Part shown: piece by piece, positions 61,201 to 64,000 of the stretch
Layout: the number at the start of each line of letters is the position of its first letter
How positions within the stretch are numbered: the stretch's first letter is position 1
DNA from: Vicugna vicugna
Taxonomy: Eukaryota
DNA length: 64,000 nucleotides
Reading direction: 5' to 3'
NCBI GenBank assembly: GCA_013265495.1
Contig: MU058037.1
Span: forward strand, 188,001-252,000
Made by a program: the position numbers and the translations under genes
The notes under the pieces: generated by a model
Told to the model about the DNA's origin: nothing
Seen by the model: only the letters and a program-made list of their open reading frames with translations
Databases searched by the model: none

Positions 61201-64000
61201 ATAAGCCCAGTACCAAATTAGTCCCTTTCAGGCATTTAGTTGTATATATGATAAAGAATATCTTCAATGTTTGTTCCAAGGATTTATCCCAAGCATGATT
61301 AATGTCTTGGAATTATCTGTAGCTAATTATGCTACTTAGCGCTTTGAATGTCCCATCGGTGTGAATTCATTGGAACTGTAATAGCATGGCACACATCAGA
61401 ATGCTCTGATTTATTATCTGTCACTGATAACTTTAGATTCACACCATCTGGGATGATTAGCGATTGTTTACTCTCCCAGGAGGGAGCTGGTGAGAATGTC
61501 CTTTGTGTGGAAATAGATTGTATTGGAGATTCACAGGGCTGGCTCCCTGGCTACCCCTATGGATATGAGTATATTTTCCTCGCAGCTTGACAGAACTTTA
61601 TTTATAAAGGTGTAAACAAACATTCTTCTCCTGCCATAGGGAGGAATCTTTTTTAGCCTCTGAGCGATTTACATGCTTGCCTTTTAACTTGAACTTGGCA
61701 GAGCAGTCATTTATAACTCCTCCTCCCTTGCTGCTTTCTCCATGGTCTGATTTCAGGTAAGACTTGAGGCAGGTAGAAAGAACTTCCACTTTACAGTTTT
61801 AGAATGGGCATATGGTGTGGAATCCAATGTTTTGACAGGTTGTGGTACCACTGCATTGCTTTCAAAATAAAACACCTGGTCAGTTAGATATTTGGGAGTT
61901 CACCTGTATTACAAAGGTAGCAGGTTTCCAGCATTTGTCTCTAAAGAATGTTTTTCTCTGGTTGTGTTTTAAACGGCAATAAGCTTTCTTTTCACAACTC
62001 CTGACATTATTTTTTCACAAGACTCTTTCTCCTAAACCTTATTTGTCCAAAGAACATAATTTGTTTTAACTCATGACTCTGAAAAATACTTTCTTTTTGG
62101 TTTCTGCGTTAACAGTAATGGATTATGTTAAGTTAGAGATTTTACTTGAAAGGCAGATGTAATATGTTCAGTAAATTACCTAAATCTTTCTGACATCCTC
62201 TCCTCACTTCTTAAAGGGTAGCTACCATTTTCTTTGCAACTTCCCATAATCTTATTTTACGGTGCTTATGGTGTTCTATTTGATACCAAGTAACATCATC
62301 CTCTGGAAGTTTCACAGAAATGTAAAAAGTTCTTTCCTTTTTGTTTGTTTGTTTTGATAAGCAGTATCAAAGGATCCCTCTTGAGTCCTGTCTCATTTAT
62401 TATTTCTTATATTAGTAGTTTACCCAACTCTTAGAGGATAGGTAATTTTATATCTTTAAAGCTCTTCGTTTGAAATATTTTTAGTGTTTAAAATCCTAAG
62501 TCAGCAGATCTTGTACACCCAACTTAGAATCCTTCTGGTTTTAGATCAGGTAGATTCCCTTACTTCAGTATTTTTGTCAAAGTCATTTTGATGGTGGTAG
62601 AGAAGAGAGAAACCACCTGCACTGTAGCAGTTAATGTTTTATGTCTCTGGAGGATAAACTTGTATCTATATGTTACAGAAGTAAGTTTTAAATAACTAAG
62701 ATTTTCTCCTGTGAATATCTTGCTTAACCTCTGAAATAATGTGGAGTGAGGCCCTTGCCTGTGGACACTTATTAAGGGCTTTCAGATTCAGAAAGCAAAT
62801 ACATTAAATCCCAAGTTTTCTCTTGCAATTTTATCAGTCTCATTCACTAACTCATCTCCATGATTAAGTCAGTGTGTGTGTCTCAGCATGTCTACGAAAT
62901 GATGCAGTGAATGAAAACGGTAAGCAAGCATGAGAAATCTTAACTGAAGGGCCACTGCTTTTCTATTCCTTTTACTGTTAAACATTGCTTAAGACCGATG
63001 TGGCCTTGTTGTTGGCCTAAGGATGGCATCGATAGCTAGCCATGTGAATTATCCTATTTGTTGTTGAGTCCCTGTATTTTAAAGATATAGAGGACCTATT
63101 TGGGAGTGTCCTTGTGAGTTCACGCTTCTCTGTTGATCTTTGGGAGCACCAGAATCTGTCTCTCAAACTGATGGAAGATAATGTCCCTACCTGAAACAGG
63201 CACCCAGACAATACAACCTGAAGCAACAGATTGAGAGAAATCCTTATTAGGCCAGGTAGCAGACTGGGTCACCAGAACCGTGACATGAACTCACGTGGGC
63301 GGTGTTAGTCAAAGAGTTTACTACAGGCATGGAAACTATGTTATCAAATGGAATTGTCTCCAGAAGGTACTAAATGTAGAGCCAAATGTAGGCTCTTATC
63401 TAGAGGTATTAGGAATGCAGTGTAATATTTCAATAGCAAGCATTTATACAAAGTTCAAAAAACTTTAAAAGTTTATGATTTATAGATATATATTGAGACT
63501 TTGCTTGTCTTCTCAAATAGTTAACATTGACTAGAGTATCAGCTACTCAGAAACCCTGTTTTATAATCAGTTTAAATAGCTTAATAATTAAAGTCCACTG
63601 GGTGTGAGCCAAGATAGAATTTTACATACTTATTATACTATTAGTAATTTATTATACTGTGTACCTTAGCTGCAAAATATTATTTAGTACAACCATTATA
63701 AATGTTCTTTTGCTATAAAAATAAAGCCATACATATATAATGGAGTAAAAAAATAGAGATTGCAAAATGCAATTGTGTTAAGGTTCTAACTGTTCCTTTA
63801 GTAAGGAATTAACGTAATCTTTGTGAATGAAAACAACTTAAAAATAAGTCTATTTATTCCTGTTATGACATTAACAGTATCACATACATAAAAATATTAG
63901 GTATCAGGTAGAAATACTATATTGAATTTTACATTCTTATTTGGAGCAGCTTTCAAGTTCATTTCTATTTATTAAGATCTTGAAGGCATAAGAGCCAAGT

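Noticed and set aside
1..64000. CRISPR array, prokaryotic operon or other novel multi-gene system
   Set aside because: No regularly spaced repeat-spacer array and no dense ORFs; the content is typical eutherian repeat-rich non-coding DNA.

Overview
AT-rich, CpG-depleted mammalian genomic DNA that appears intronic or intergenic. It is most likely from a camelid (camel, alpaca or vicuna), because it carries three short tRNA-derived Vic-1-type SINEs and young cetartiodactyl-type L1 3' ends. I recognise no host protein-coding exon, RNA gene or CpG island. The ORF track is chance ORFs plus decayed L1 ORF2 pieces. Much of the window is interspersed repeat: L1 of several ages, L2, MIR, MaLR/ERVL LTRs, and MER/Tigger DNA-transposon fossils. 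Family names are from recall of consensus sequences and need RepeatMasker/Dfam confirmation. The most interesting items are: a young 794-bp solo LTR with a perfect 6-bp TSD splitting a MER53; a two-subfamily chimeric L1 inside one TSD pair; a doubly truncated L1 endonuclease fragment; two L1 tails stacked at one target site; a 22-bp copy of LTR sequence 1.3 kb away; a dense CACGT (E-box/HRE) cluster in unique DNA; and two weak candidate exons near the right end. I see no evidence for a new multi-gene system.
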